A DNA stretch of 62,983 nucleotides, the filler included, from Octopus bimaculoides (taxonomy: Eukaryota): NCBI RefSeq assembly GCF_001194135.2. It is 5 parts of 5 records of this genome, joined end to end, with 100 filler letters (N's around TTAATTAATTAA, not from the genome) between each part and the next. Parts side by side here need not be neighbours in the genome. Positions count along the whole stretch, not along the records: positions 21,469 to 50,269 come from NC_068998.1; 4 more parts are not named here. One strand, 5' to 3'. The notes beneath the pieces are model-generated. The model saw only the letters and a list, made by a program, of their open reading frames with translations. It made no database searches and was not told where the DNA came from. Shown piece after piece: positions 26,440-38,249 of this stretch. The number at the start of each line of letters is the position of its first letter. The first letter of the stretch is position 1. The translations under genes were made by a program, and so were the position numbers.

Positions 26440-27650
26440 TGTTATATCACATTGAAGAAAGTTGGGGATTACAAGAGAAATCTTGTATATTTCTAAGGCT
26501 TTCAATATCCACTTATGAGGAACAGTCAACAGCTTTTTGGTAATCAATTGATGCAATAAATAAGTACTTACTCTTTGTACAACAGTTTTCTAAAACCATT
26601 TTATTAAGGATCAGTTAGTCTTTACATTCATAGGAGTTCTGTTTACCCCACTTTTGTTCTTGTGGAATGATGGTGTTTTCTTTAAAAAAGGGGGCTAGAG
26701 GATGGCATTTTCTTAAAAAAAGATGGAATTTTTGTAAGTCATGATAAGACATGTAATAGGTCTATAGTTCTTTGGGACTTTTGGTTACTGGTGTTTTTAG
26801 CTAATGGTATAGTGTGTCTTCTGTTAGCCAGTTGGGGACTTTCTTAGGATTTTGTATTGGTGCACTCATTTTCTTGTGCATTCCTGTAAGTGTATGCAAC
26901 CAATAGTTTGGAATTTGATCTATTTCTGAAAACTTCCAACTGTGTTTTGTTAAGAGCCTGTCTTAACTCTGCCACTTCAGCCTTTACCCATTGTTGCAGT
27001 TCCACATCTTTCAACCTTTCATTCCAATCCACTTCCTCATTTATTCTTGTTAGTTACTCTTGATTTTCTTCCAAAATTCCTTAACTTCATTTATATTCAG
27101 AGGATTCTTTATTTCTCTTGGCTGTTTTCTCCTTTCTATATTCTTTGCATCTGTTTGAAAAATTTTATTCTGTCTATAGAATTCACTTATTTTTCATATC
27201 CTTTAACCTGTTGTGCTTCTACTTGTATACATTGTTTCAGGGTTTCTTTGATGGTAAAGAGACTTTGTTCATCTGTTATTTTGTAATTTCTTTTAACTTT
27301 ACTTGCTTTTCTGGTTTTGACATTTATTCCTTTGAAAGCTCATCAACAATCAACAGTTCCCCTTTCAGATGTTTAATATCTTTTTGTAGTTTGGCTTTCT
27401 ATTTTTGTTGTTTGTTGACATGTCTGTTCTTCTTTGTTTTCCTTTATTTTAAATCTAATTTGGTTCTTCAAAGCCTTTGCCATACACTATTCAAGGTTAT
27501 TTAGGGTTATTAGATCAGTTTTGCCTTCTCTCAATATTTCTTTCATTGTTACACTTTAATCTTGTATGCATTTTTCTTATTTTGGAATTTTAGCCACGAG
27601 TCTCCATCTGTCATTTTAGTGCATAAATTTATATCCAGTTCTCTAATGTT
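26440..27650 (-). mobile_element. R4/Dong-like LINE fragment (N-terminal region and RT)
   Basis: KETLKQCIQVEAQ..FYRQNKIFQTD; VDWNERLKD; LINKMVLEN..SIDYQKAVD.VPHKWILKALEIYKI. Confidence 0.8.
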
Positions 27651-28079
27651 ATTTTCCTTGGCTGTTGAGGATTCTTTATGTCTTTCATGAAGTAGGATAT
27701 TACCTTCGTTTATTAGTGACAGAGACAGTATTAATACCCAGAGGTAATATTTATCCCTACTTAAATGTGGATGTTCTGTTAGAACAAACTATACTGAGGA
27801 AGAAACCATGAGAGAAACTCTAATATTGGCTTTTGGTGCAAAATGTACACTTAGTTATATTACTAATGGGGAGATAAATCATTACCATCTCCAGTGCCCA
27901 GACCACCAGATCATGCGATTTCGACTTTCCTTGGTCTTGCCAATGATGGACACTTGACTACTAGAGCTAGCAATGATTTATCTCCCCACCAATGATATAT
28001 AGAATAAAAGTGTCAGAACAGGCACTTGGTGTTGTGATTATCCAGTGAGTTTGTTAAAAAAAATATTCATTAGCAACAG

Positions 28080-29200
28080 AGATTTGCTGGAACCTGATTG
28101 TTGTCTTCTTCATTCTATACATAATTTCTGATCTCACTGATAGGTTTCCTCTTCAGTTATGTTATGTACAGCTATTACAGGTATTCGTGAATCTTGTTTC
28201 ATTTTGTAACACTTGCTCAGGCACTTGGATATTTTGTGCCTTACATTTATTTCGGTTCATGTGAGTCTTTTTTCTTAGTACATCATCATCATTGTCTTAC
28301 ATGTTATTGATGCTGGAACCAATTTAGTTATGCTTCCTGTCAGCCCATAACGTCTTTTTTTCCCCTTTTGGGCTCTTCTAACTCTAGACATACATTTTAC
28401 TTATAAGGTGATAACCTTAAGAAGAACTGGACAAAAAATTTAGACTTGTTTCCTTTAGTTCTACAACCTCTTCAACACATGTTAAAAATGTTTTCTTCAG
28501 TATTCAATCAAATACTATCATTTCTTTCAAGGAATTGCAGACTCTTCTAATTTAATTCAGAAGGCCATCTAGCTTAAATTAGTTGTTTTTCCTTTGTTTT
28601 TTTTTTTAATGATTTTGGTGACTTTAGTTCTCCATTCCCAATTTTTTTTTCTTACATGATACATTTCTTCTAATTCACCTTATTCTTCTTTCTTTAATTT
28701 ACCTTGTTCTTGCACTGATCCAGTTTACTTATGTCTTTCTCAAAGTCACTAATCTTATAAGAATCTATCTTTTCTAACAGGGTACTTGTTAATCCTTCTT
28801 TTATTCTTTCTTTATCCCAAACATTTCTGCAATCCATCACCCACTAACGTCAGTATATGTTGGCATCTCTTACTTTTTCATATTATCTTATAATCACACT
28901 TTAACATTCTTTATTTAACTTTGGGCGTCAGGTTTGAATGGTATCTAGTTGATTATCATCAAAGCTGTTCACATTGAATTTTTTTCACTCATTCATACTC
29001 CAGCTTACCATTGCTTCAAATGCAAGAGTTCTTCACAAATAACCACAATAGTTGCATTCTCCTGGTTCTCTCAAGAGTTATTATCCTTCTAGCTTAGCTT
29101 TGTTGGCTCTTGTAATTCTTGGTTGAACTTACTATTTTCCATTCCTGAAATGCAATGATTGGTGTGCAAGCTGTTGTCTACAATTCCAAATGCTCAGCAT
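28080..29200 (-). mobile_element. Second R4/Dong-like LINE fragment, heavily decayed
   Basis: LRKDISKLDQCK and ITEEE motifs, in the same order as in the copy at 26.4-27.6 kb. Confidence 0.5.
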
Positions 29201-29254
29201 TCTTTCCTAGAATCTTTGCTTTTATGACTCATTTCCTTGGTTCTTATATAACAT

Positions 29255-29258
29255 AATG

Positions 29259-29304
<46 letters not shown>

Positions 29305-29318
29305 TAATAATAATAAGG

Positions 29319-29349
<31 letters not shown>

Positions 29350-29750
29350 TTTCTTTATTTGCCACAAAGGCAAAGGATGAGGGGGACAATAAAGACAGAC
29401 ATAAAGTGTGGGGTTTTACATATAATAATGAAATGATAAAAAAACAAAAGCTACATATAAATGGTATACACTGAAAAAGGAATGTATGCATAGCATACAA
29501 AGGTAAAATAAAAAAAGGCAGAGAGGATGATAGAGATTTCCCTAAAACCCCAAGAGCAAGTACCATCTCCAATTCCTTCTCTTCAATTCACAGGTCTACA
29601 CTTAGAGAGGTACCATCCACTCTTGCCATTTTTGCAACTTTCACCCACCTTTTGATAAACTCACTCAAGGACAGCACTTCCCTCTCCACTCTCAATTTCC
29701 TTTTCAAGTGAAACTTGAAAAAGACAATGAGAGCTCTACCAAAGAGGAAT
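29255..29750 (-). mobile_element. L1/Tx1-like LINE 3' end with (ATT)n tail
   Basis: Minus strand GRALIVFFKFHLKRKLRVEREVLSLSEFIKRWVKVAKMARVDGTSLSVDL*, then a 3' UTR ending TGTGGCAAATAAAG and the microsatellite at 29255-29348. Confidence 0.7.
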
Positions 29751-29754
29751 GTAT

Positions 29755-29881
29755 TTCAAATTTTGTCACAAGGGTAGCAGTTTTGGGGGAGGGGACAAAT
29801 TGATTACATCGACCCCAGTGTGTGACTGGCACTTAATTTATTGACCCTGAAAGGATGAAAGGTAAAGTCAACCTTGGTGGG

Positions 29882-29882
<1 letters not shown>
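29755..29882 (-). mobile_element. SINE family 2, 3' part
   Basis: GACCCTGAAAGGATGAAAGGTAAAGTCAACC matches 24839-25042. Confidence 0.75.
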
Positions 29883-29928
<46 letters not shown>

Positions 29929-29954
29929 CAACAACAACGATAATAATAATAATA

Positions 29955-30410
29955 TGTATATGTTTTGTCTGCTCAATATCACAGATTTGCTTGTAAGTTG
30001 TTTGACGTTAACCAGTTGAGCATGTCCCTTAGTGGCTGCCAATATGTGTATCTCTGATCATGAGCAGGAGCAGTGGGGGAGCATCAGAGTTATGTGTTGA
30101 GAAGAATTCTTTGGGGTTTGAATAATTCACCTTTGGAAACATGAGTGTTTTGTTCAACATCCCTAAATAACCCTTATTCAGGGATATTTTGAGTAGGATA
30201 GGCCACTCAACATGAAGAAAATACTAACTGGGCCCCATCTGCAAGGTTATGTGCTGTTCATCTTGATATGAGATCACCATGTCATGCACATATAGTTGTA
30301 ATATATGTGCTCGGTGTACCCTTATAAGATGGGTAGTCATGGTGGGTATACTGGGCTTTGTATATTTGTACTCCAGTATCACTTTGATGGTATGCACAGC
30401 TCTCTCACTC
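29955..30410 (+). mobile_element. Unclassified non-coding repeat embedded in (AAT)n tracts, copy 1
   Basis: Homologous to 30541-30889 and 62417-62598; ends CTCTCTCACTC-(AAT)n and has (AAT)n upstream. Confidence 0.8.
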
Positions 30411-30454
<44 letters not shown>

Positions 30455-30540
30455 TAATAATAATAATAATAAGAATAATAATAATAAGAAGAAGAAGAAG
30501 AAGAAGAAGAAGAAAAAGAAGAAGAAGAATAGTTATAATA

Positions 30541-30889
30541 AATGCCCTGATACAGTACAAGGCAGTGACTCTCTTGGCTTCTGATATTAACTGGTTGAAA
30601 GTGTTAACATGTACATGATTTGTCTTGGTGTAAAAGATGGGCTACAGCAAATATTCTGCTCAATATGGCAGATTTGCTTGTCAGTTGTTTAAGTATGTCT
30701 CTTAGTGGTTGATGAAATGTGCATCTCTGATAACTGGGCCTCACCTGCAAGGTCATGTACTGTTTATCCTATGAGATCACCATGTTACATTCATATGGTT
30801 GTGGTGCATGTGCTTGGTGTATCCTTATAAGATGGCTGGTCGTGATGGGTATATTGGAGTTTGTATATTTACATCCCAGTGTCACTCAG
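30541..30889 (+). mobile_element. Same (AAT)n-embedded repeat, copy 2 (longer 5' end, internal deletion)
   Basis: Shares CTGCTCAAT..CAGATTTGCTTGT and TAACTGGGCC..CCTGCAAGGT..ATGAGATCACCATGT with copy 1. Confidence 0.8.
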
Positions 30890-31286
30890 TAATAATAATA
30901 ACAGGAACAATAGCACCGCTTTTAGCCAAACAATTTGCCCCCAGGACTTATTGTTTGTACACCTAGTACTTATTCCAGCGTTCTCTTTTGCTAAACTACT
31001 AAGTTACATACATATTCTGAAATATACTCAAACACGTATGCATATATATATATCTACACACATACTCGTACATATTCATGCGGTAACGACTTAGAATCAA
31101 ACGTATACTAAAATATACGCTAACGTTCACATACTAATACTCATAAACAAACTTTCAATGATATACACTAGAGCAATACACATCCCAAAACATCAATAGA
31201 CCCCAACATATACTTGTATACACACACACACACACACTTACTTAAGCACATAAAGTTTACGTTCATTCACAAAATATTTACATATA

Positions 31287-31695
31287 GGTGCAGGAGTGGC
31301 TGTGTGGTAAGTAACTTGCTTACCAGCCACATAGCTCCGAGTTCAATCCCACTGCGTGACACCTTGGGCAAGTGTCTTCTATGATAGCCTCGGGCCGACC
31401 AAAGCCTTGTGAGTGGATTTGGTAGACGGAAACTGAAAAAAGCCCATCGTATATATGCATATGTATATATATATGTGTCTACGTTTGTGTGTCTGTGTTT
31501 GTCCTCCCCACCCCCCAAAAATCGCTTAACAACCGATGGTGGTCTTTTTACGTCCCTGTAACTTAGCGGTTCGAAAAAGAGACCGATAGAATAAGTACTA
31601 GGCTTACAAAGAATAAGTCCTGGGGTCGGTTTGCTCGACTAAAGGTGGTGCTCCAGCATGGCCACAGTCAAATGACTGAAACAAGTAAAAGAGTA
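31287..31695 (+). mobile_element. Full-length tRNA-derived SINE family 1 (CORE-like centre; octopus OR1/OR2-like)
   Basis: A box TGGCTGTGTGG, B box GAGTTCAATCCC, CCTTGGGCAAGTG core, tail GACTGAAACAAGTAAAAGAG. Family name is recalled, not searched. Confidence 0.85.
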
Positions 31696-31869
31696 TATGA
31701 ACAATGGTCGCCTCAAATCTAAAATGACATTGTCGGAACAAACTAGATATTGTGAGAGAAGGACCTGAGGTATAGAAAGCTAGGGAGAGGGAAAGAAAGG
31801 AAGAACAATCCAGAAGACAAAGAAAAAGAAATAAAAGAAACTTTGGATAAATTATTATTAGATAATGGG

Positions 31870-32900
31870 AAGGAATTGTTTGAAAGAATAACACTGACTT
31901 ATATAAAGCTGGATATAAGGAAACGATTAGATATTATAACCAGACTGACAGTACTAATAGCAACAACCGTAATAAGCATAATAACAATAGGAGACATGAT
32001 AACAAAACTAGTTCTTATATTACTCCGACCTATATTAATAATCCGACTAATAGACAATTTCATAAAATAACCATCAACCTCATACTTGTATTTCTAAAAG
32101 CAAACAACTAAAGAGAAGTAACCAAACTTCCTCACCATTCATATGCTACAACATCTAAAGTTTTTTAATAATAATTCATGTCAGGAGTCACACACCCCTA
32201 ATAAAAATATTTGGTTAATTATTCCTTACGGCAAGCAAGTAAAAAGCAAGCTTCTCCTTTTATTTCAGCAAGTAATAGAAAGAAACTTCCTTATTAATTC
32301 TAGAAATCACCAGATTTTTAACACACACCATATTAGAGTAGGTTTTTCCAATACCAATAACATCTCACAAATATACCTTCACATAATAACCGTATTCTAA
32401 GAGGTTTTAATATCTCTTCTACTAATCTTGCTAACACTAACAGTAACATCAATAATAACCTCTCTTTAAATGGTATCAGCAACACAAACAGCTTTTGCAA
32501 TTGTGGCCTGGGTAAAACCTGTGTCCTAAATGGAAATTGCAGAATTAAAAACGCTGGTTACCAATGCAAGGTTACTTCTTGTAACAAAGAATGTTTTGAT
32601 ATTGGATTACCCTCAACATATTTGAAATCCTGCTTGGCCAACCACTTCTCTACCTTTAAATACAAGCATAAGCTTAACTCTACGGGACTCAGTAAAATAA
32701 TCTGGGACCTTAAGGACTCTAACAAGTCTTTTTCTTTGGAATCGAAAATTCTTTCTAGATCTCTTCCTTATGATAAAGGGAATTCTCTCTGTCTTTTATG
32801 CACAGAAGAACAATATTTTATACTCTTCTTTAAATATAAATTGGTAAACAAATTTAGACAGAATTTTCAAATGCATCCATTGAACAAAGCACACGTTCAG
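31870..32900 (+). mobile_element. Penelope-like element, 5'-truncated: RT thumb, Cys-rich linker, GIY-YIG remnant
   Basis: LYKAGYKETIRY; NIWLIIPYGKQV..QIFNTHHIRVGFS; CNCGLGKTCVLNGNC; NHFSTFKY..NSTGLSKIIWDLKD..CLLCTEEQYFI. Frameshifted. Confidence 0.85.
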
Positions 32901-33276
32901 TAATTTCAAATAACATCCACCCGTAACCTAGTAATATTTCACGCAAACTTTTTGCTATATTCCTCAATCTTACACTCCTTAATCTTTACTCCCATTTATT
33001 AACTTTTCTTTTATCTTTCAGTATGCACAATATTGTATATGTGCTTATAAGTGTGAGTATGGGTTTATCATAGTGTGTTAATGTCTGTCAATGCATTCAG
33101 ACGTGTACGCTCTTCTATATGCGTATGAACGTTTGTTTATATCTATAAGCCAAGATTGTTAAAGTCCTGTAAAACATACTTAAGTATCTATATGTGTCTA
33201 GTCATATGTTTATGAGAGTTATAGTGAGTTTACAAATCTATGAATTAGCACTTTTTTAGTTCTTGCAAAAAATTTC

Positions 33277-33808
33277 TTCTTACGGCCATATTGAAAGCTG
33301 GGTTGAACCACAAAACTTCCCTAGTCCTAGTTCTACGTGCTGCGCTGCTGCCAGCATTAGTCTGGGCGTACTGGATCCTCTCAGAGAACTAATATAGGTA
33401 AGGAATTTTTAAAAATGGTCACTAGACACTTTCAACCTGATCATAAGTTTTACAGAATATTCAATAGAAGAACGCTTAAGATCAGCTATTCTTGCTGCAA
33501 AAACTTCGCCTCTTTGATCAGCCAGCACAACAATAAGATAATTGCCAAAAACAATAATGCCGACTCACTTACAAAGAGCTGTAATTTCAAAGACCGAACC
33601 TCCTGTCCGCTGGAAGGGAGATGTCTAGAAAAGGGTATTGTGTACAGAGCCAAAGTCCAGATAGAAGGCTCGCACGATTATAGAACTTATACAGGGGGTA
33701 CAGAAAATTCTTTTAAAACCAGGCTGTATTCGCACAAAAATTCTTTTAGATACCCTGAAAATAGGACAAAGACGAGCCTGGCAAAATACGTCTGGTAATT
33801 AAAGGAAA
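33277..33808 (+). mobile_element. Penelope-like element with inverted 5' segment (33277-33388) and well-preserved GIY-YIG (33385-33808)
   Basis: Plus: RTNIGKEFLKMVTRHF..IFNRRTLKISYSC..SCPLEGRCLEKGIVYRA..YTGGTENSFKTRLYSH. Minus 33388-33277: FSERIQY..REVLWFNPAFNMAVR, the sequence that should directly precede it. Confidence 0.9.
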
Positions 33809-33928
33809 ACGATAGAATAAGTACTAGGCTTCTAAATAATAAGTCCTGGGGTCGATTTGCTCGACTAAAGGCGGTGCTCCAGCATGGCCACAATCAAAAG
33901 ACTGAAACAAGTAAAAGAGTAAAAGAGT
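33805..33928 (+). mobile_element. SINE family 1, 3' fragment truncating the Penelope ORF
   Basis: GATAGAATAAGTACTAGGCTT...GACTGAAACAAGTAAAAGAG nearly identical to the tail at 31585-31695. Confidence 0.85.
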
Positions 33929-33999
33929 ATATGCTGTAGTGAGCAAAAAGAGAGAATGATTAGTATTTTTTAAAAATTTGGTAAAGCTAGTAAACATAC

Positions 34000-34520
34000 A
34001 CATTCGCAAATGGTTTCGTAAATACGGTTAACCATCAGCTGGCAGCGAAATGACTCTGCACTAATAGGTCTGTAGTAAGTCCCTATGGTCTGCTTAGCTG
34101 ATTCCGTTGCCCTCTGGAATTGGTCCGGCAAATACTGTTGGTGCAGATGGTGATCTTGACATGCCAGTGTAACCCTCACTTGGTCACTGTGTGGACGATC
34201 ATCTGTGCTGTTTGTGGCATTGTATCGTTCCCTCAGCTGCTCAATTGTCTGCATACTGCAGTTCAAGTCATTAGTAATGACCTGTGGATGTTAAGCAGCA
34301 TGGAGACGTCTGATGGCTTGCACCCACTGATTTTGTGTCAGTCTTGGCATGCTTGCTGCATTCAGGAAACAAATGACAGGCTTGTAAATTTGGGTGCCTT
34401 TTATACCCAATGAGTCAACGTTTTGCATGTGCATCATGCTTTTCATAAAGATGCATGCGCAAGTATTACCATGTTCATGAAAAGTAAGTCAGTTCAAATC
34501 CTACATGCAATCCTTGTATT
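34000..34520 (-). mobile_element. Tc1-like transposon 5' fragment
   Basis: ORF 33970-34266 LRERYNATNSTDDRPHSDQVRVT..QD..L.DQFQRAT resembles the Tc1 HTH pattern RY..TGS..DRPRSGRPRVT..QDR. Confidence 0.75.
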
Positions 34521-34792
34521 TTCAAAAGAGAGTGGTGTTGTGAGTCAGTGACATCTTCCTGATGTCAAATTACCTAGTGATGTGATAAAATTCATATAAT
34601 CTTAATATTGTGTATGAAACAAATAATCTTTTACAGTACGTATTTTTTTTGTAGTTCAGTATATATCTATATNNNNNNNNNNNNNNNNNNNNNNNNNNNN
34701 NNNNNNNNNNNNNNNNNNNNNNNNNNNNNNNNNNNNNNNNNNNNNNNNNNNNNNNNNNNNNNNNNNNNNNNATATATATACATATACATATA

Positions 34793-36055
34793 TTGGGTCA
34801 TCCTGTAAATAATGTGGTTTTTTATACATCTTTTTGTTTTCAAAATTAAGATAAACAAAGTTCTTTTTTAATCTAAAACACACACTTCTTCATTTTCTAC
34901 AATACTCTTCCATCTATCAGGTAGATTTGTAAGGCCCCTATTCCAAAATACTCCTGCAGTACTGTTCTGACCCTGTCTACAGAATTCATATTTTTTCCAT
35001 CCAAATGATTTTGAAGACTGTGGAACAAATGATAATCAGATGGGGTAATGTCCGGCGAATATGGTGGGTGGGGTATCATTTTACATTCAAACTCCTCCAG
35101 CCTTTGGAATGTCATCCTCATTGTATTTGGCCGAGCATTATCCTGATGGAAGAATACCTTTTGTCTTGAAACCAAAGATGGTCATTTTTCTTCTAGTGCT
35201 GACTTAAGCCACTCAAGCTGCTTACAGTAGATCTTTGTTATCGTTTGGTTTGGGCTTAAAAGTTGAAAGTGGACTAAACCTTTCGTATCCCACTGACAGA
35301 TAACAACACTTTACGTGGGTGAAGACTTTCTTTAGCCTGGGATGTCAGTATTTCTCCTTTCCCCATCCACTGTCTTTGGTGTTTGACATTTTTATAGAGA
35401 ACCCATTTCTCGTCACCAGTCACTATTCGGTCCAAAAAAGGTTCATTCGTGAGACATAACAGCAAAGAACAGCATACATTCACTCTCTGAATGCAATTAG
35501 ACTCAGAAAGTTTGCGAGGAACCTATTGACCCAATTTGCTCAGTTTTCTGATGGCACGCAAGTGTCAATGAATGGTTGAATAACCAGATCCAAGCTTCTC
35601 TTCTAGTTCTGCAACAGAACTAGAAGAGGGATTTGTCAAGCTCAACAGAACTAGAAATGGGATTTTGTCGAGCTCTCTAGATCTTCCAGGATGAGGCTCA
35701 TATTCTAGGCTGTAATTTCTGGCTCAGAATTTCTGGAACCATCGTTGACAATGGCTTACACTCATTGTCCAAACTCCATATACAGCATTAATATTCCTCC
35801 CACTTTACATAGTATTGTTGCCTTTATTGAACTCATAAAGCAAAATATGCTGAATATGCTCCTTTGTCATTTCCATTATAGCTTTGAAAAATAACTATTA
35901 AAAACGAATTGCACTCTTGAAAACTTACACTAAGAATAAGGACAAGGTAAAATTACTACCTGCTTTTATAGCAAGTTTATGCAGGTAGTTTATCCTGTCC
36001 CCATCCAACTTTTAGTTCATGCAATTGAAAAACGCTGCATTATTTATGGGATGAC

Positions 36056-36059
<4 letters not shown>
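34793..36059 (-). mobile_element. Near full-length mariner (1267 bp), decayed transposase, both TIRs, TA target duplication
   Basis: TIRs TTGGGTCATCC..TAAATAATG at both ends flanked by TA; motifs Q*VPRKL, RIVTGDEKW, HQDNARP, PHPPYSPDITPSDYHLF. Confidence 0.95.
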
Positions 36060-36093
<34 letters not shown>

Positions 36094-36112
36094 CATACAT
36101 GCATGTATGTAT

Positions 36113-36259
36113 ATGATGGGGTCTTTCAGTTTCTGCCTACCAGATCCACTCACATAGTACTGGTCAGCCCAAGGCTTTAGTAGAAGACACTTACCCAAGG
36201 TGCCTTGCAGTTAAACTGAACCCAGAACCATGTAGTTGGGAAGTAGTCTTCTTACCACT
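36113..36259 (-). mobile_element. SINE family 1, 5' half
   Basis: Reverse complement of the head and core of 31287. Confidence 0.8.
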
Positions 36260-36545
36260 TAGACAAGGTGACTAAGTCAAAAGTGCTGGAGATTGAAATC
36301 AACATGATTTGGAATATGAAGACCAAAGTAATATCAGTAGTTAACTGACCGGCTCAACTCATGAAAATGGGAATGGAAAAGCTCATCGAATATATCCTGG
36401 GCAATATAAATATTTAAGTAGTCCAGAAGATTACACTGCTGGAAACAGTTCACATATTGCCAATCAAGTGACATCTTTGCTATAATACCTCCAGCCTATA
36501 GCATAAACTCAGCTCTACAAAAGGTGAAATGCCAAAAGAACAGTA
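36260..36545 (+). mobile_element. R4/Dong-like LINE 3' end (restriction-like endonuclease tail)
   Basis: LEIEINMIWNMKTKVISVV..ILGNINI*VVQKITLLETVHIL, followed by a degenerate (AAT/GAT)n tail. Confidence 0.75.
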
Positions 36546-36905
36546 ATAGTAATGATGGTGATGATAATTGCAGTCAACTGTTGATGTTGTTATTGTTGAT
36601 GCTGCTGTTGTTGTTCCTGAACATGAACAACAGCAATTTATTCTGACCTAGTTTTTCTTAAGAAGACATTTAGTGATCAATAATGTATTAAAAAATAATG
36701 AGTCGATAATGTATTAAAAAATTAACAGAAGCATATCTCTCCAGTGGAGTACTAATGAATCTATGGCAAAGTTGTATGGGTTTTCAATAGTTCCAATTAA
36801 CTTGGCAGTACACAAGTACCACCAAGTCATAATTTACCATTGTTAAGTGAAATCGTTTAAAATTGATGTGTGTGTGTGTGCATGCGCGCATGCATACATG
36901 TATAT

Positions 36906-38240
36906 CATCATCATCATCATCATCGTTTAACGTCCGCTTTCCATGCTAGCATGGGTTGGACGATTTGACTGAGGACTGGTGAAACCGGATGGCAACACCA
37001 GGCTCCAGTCTGATTTGGCAGAGTTTCTACAGCTGGATGCCCTTCCTAACGCCAACCACTCAGAGAGTGTAGTGGGTGCTTTTACGTGTCACCCGCACGA
37101 AAACNNNNNNNNNNNNNNNNNNNNNNNNNNNNNNNNNNNNNNNNNNNNNNNNNNNNNNNNNNNNNNNNNNNNNNNNNNNNNNNNNNNNNNNNNNNNNNNN
37201 NNNNNNNNNNNNNNNNNNNNNNNNNNNNNNNNNNNNNNNNNNNNNNNNNNNNNNNNNNNNNNNNNNNNNNNNNNNNNNNNNNNNNNNNNNNNNNNNNNNN
37301 NNNNNNNNNNNNNNNNNNNNNNNNNNNNNNNNNNNNNNNNNNNNNNNNNNNNNNNNNNNNNNNNNNNNNNNNNNNNNNNNNNNNNNNNNNNNNNNNNNNN
37401 NNNNNNNNNNNNNNNNNNNNNNNNNNNNNNNNNNNNNNNNNNNNNNNNNNNNNNNNNNNNNNNNNNNNNNNNNNNNNNNNNNNNNNNNNNNNNNNNNNNN
37501 NNNNNNNNNNNNNNNNNNNNNNNNNNNNNNNNNNNNNNNNNNNNNNNNNNNNNNNNNNNNNNNNNNNNNNNNNNNNNNNNNNNNNNNNNNNNNNNNNNNN
37601 NNNNNNNNNNNNNNNNNNNNNNNNNNNNNNNNNNNNNNNNNNNNNNNNNNNNNNNNNNNNNNNNNNNNNNNNNNNNNNNNNNNNNNNNNNNNNNNNNNNN
37701 NNNNNNNNNNNNNNNNNNNNNNNNNNNNNNNNNNNNNNNNNNNNNNNNNNNNNNNNNNNNNNNNNNNNNNNNNNNNNNNNNNNNNNNNNNNNNNNNNNNN
37801 NNNNNNNNNNNNNNNNNNNNNNNNNNNNNNNNNNNNNNNNNNNNNNNNNNNNNNNNNNNNNNNNNNNNNNNNNNNNNNNNNNNNNNNNNNNNNNNNNNNN
37901 NNNNNNNNNNNCAGCAGGGGTAAGAGCTCTCTAAACTTTGCCCAGGCTATTCTTATTCTAGCAGCTACACTTTCAGCGCACCCACCCCCACTACTAACTT
38001 GGTCGCCCAGATAGCGGAAGCTATCGACTACCTCTAGTTTTTCACCCTGGAATGAGATAGAAGTTGTTTCCTGTTTGTTTGCAGTCTTTATTGCACCTGA
38101 ACATCTGCCACAAACAAAAACTAACTTGCTAGTTAACCTGCCTTTGATGTTGCTGCACCTCTTATGTGTCCATAGCTTGCACCGGGTACATCTTATAGAG
38201 TTACTACCTACTCCTTTTCTACATACTGAGCAGGGCCATC
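36906..38240 (-). mobile_element. Young 5'-truncated RTE-clade LINE (middle in assembly gap) with (GAT)n tail
   Basis: Stop-free minus frame 38240-37912: WPCSVCRKGVGSNSIRCTRCKLWTHKRCSNIKG..FVCGRC..LEVVDSFRYLGDQVSSGGGCAESVAARIRIAWAKFRELLPLL. 3' end ..GGACGTTAAACGATGATGATG at 36906-37104. Confidence 0.9.
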
Positions 38241-38249
38241 TACATATAT

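Noticed and set aside
27790-27835. CTGAGGA..GAAA string
   Set aside because: The intervening sequence cannot pair.
31287-31360. tRNA-like A/B boxes here and at 44295, 58551 and 60876
   Set aside because: SINE heads; there is no complete cloverleaf and they continue into SINE bodies.
31604-34009. Paralogous-looking ORFs sharing LFYLFQSFDCGHAGAPPL (31604-31894, 33824-34009, also 38075-38332)
   Set aside because: Antisense or sense translation of the same SINE tail, not a gene family.
36970-37000. CTGAGGA-CTGGT-GAAA-CCGG
   Set aside because: Antisense to the RTE 3' UTR, with no helix II or helix I.
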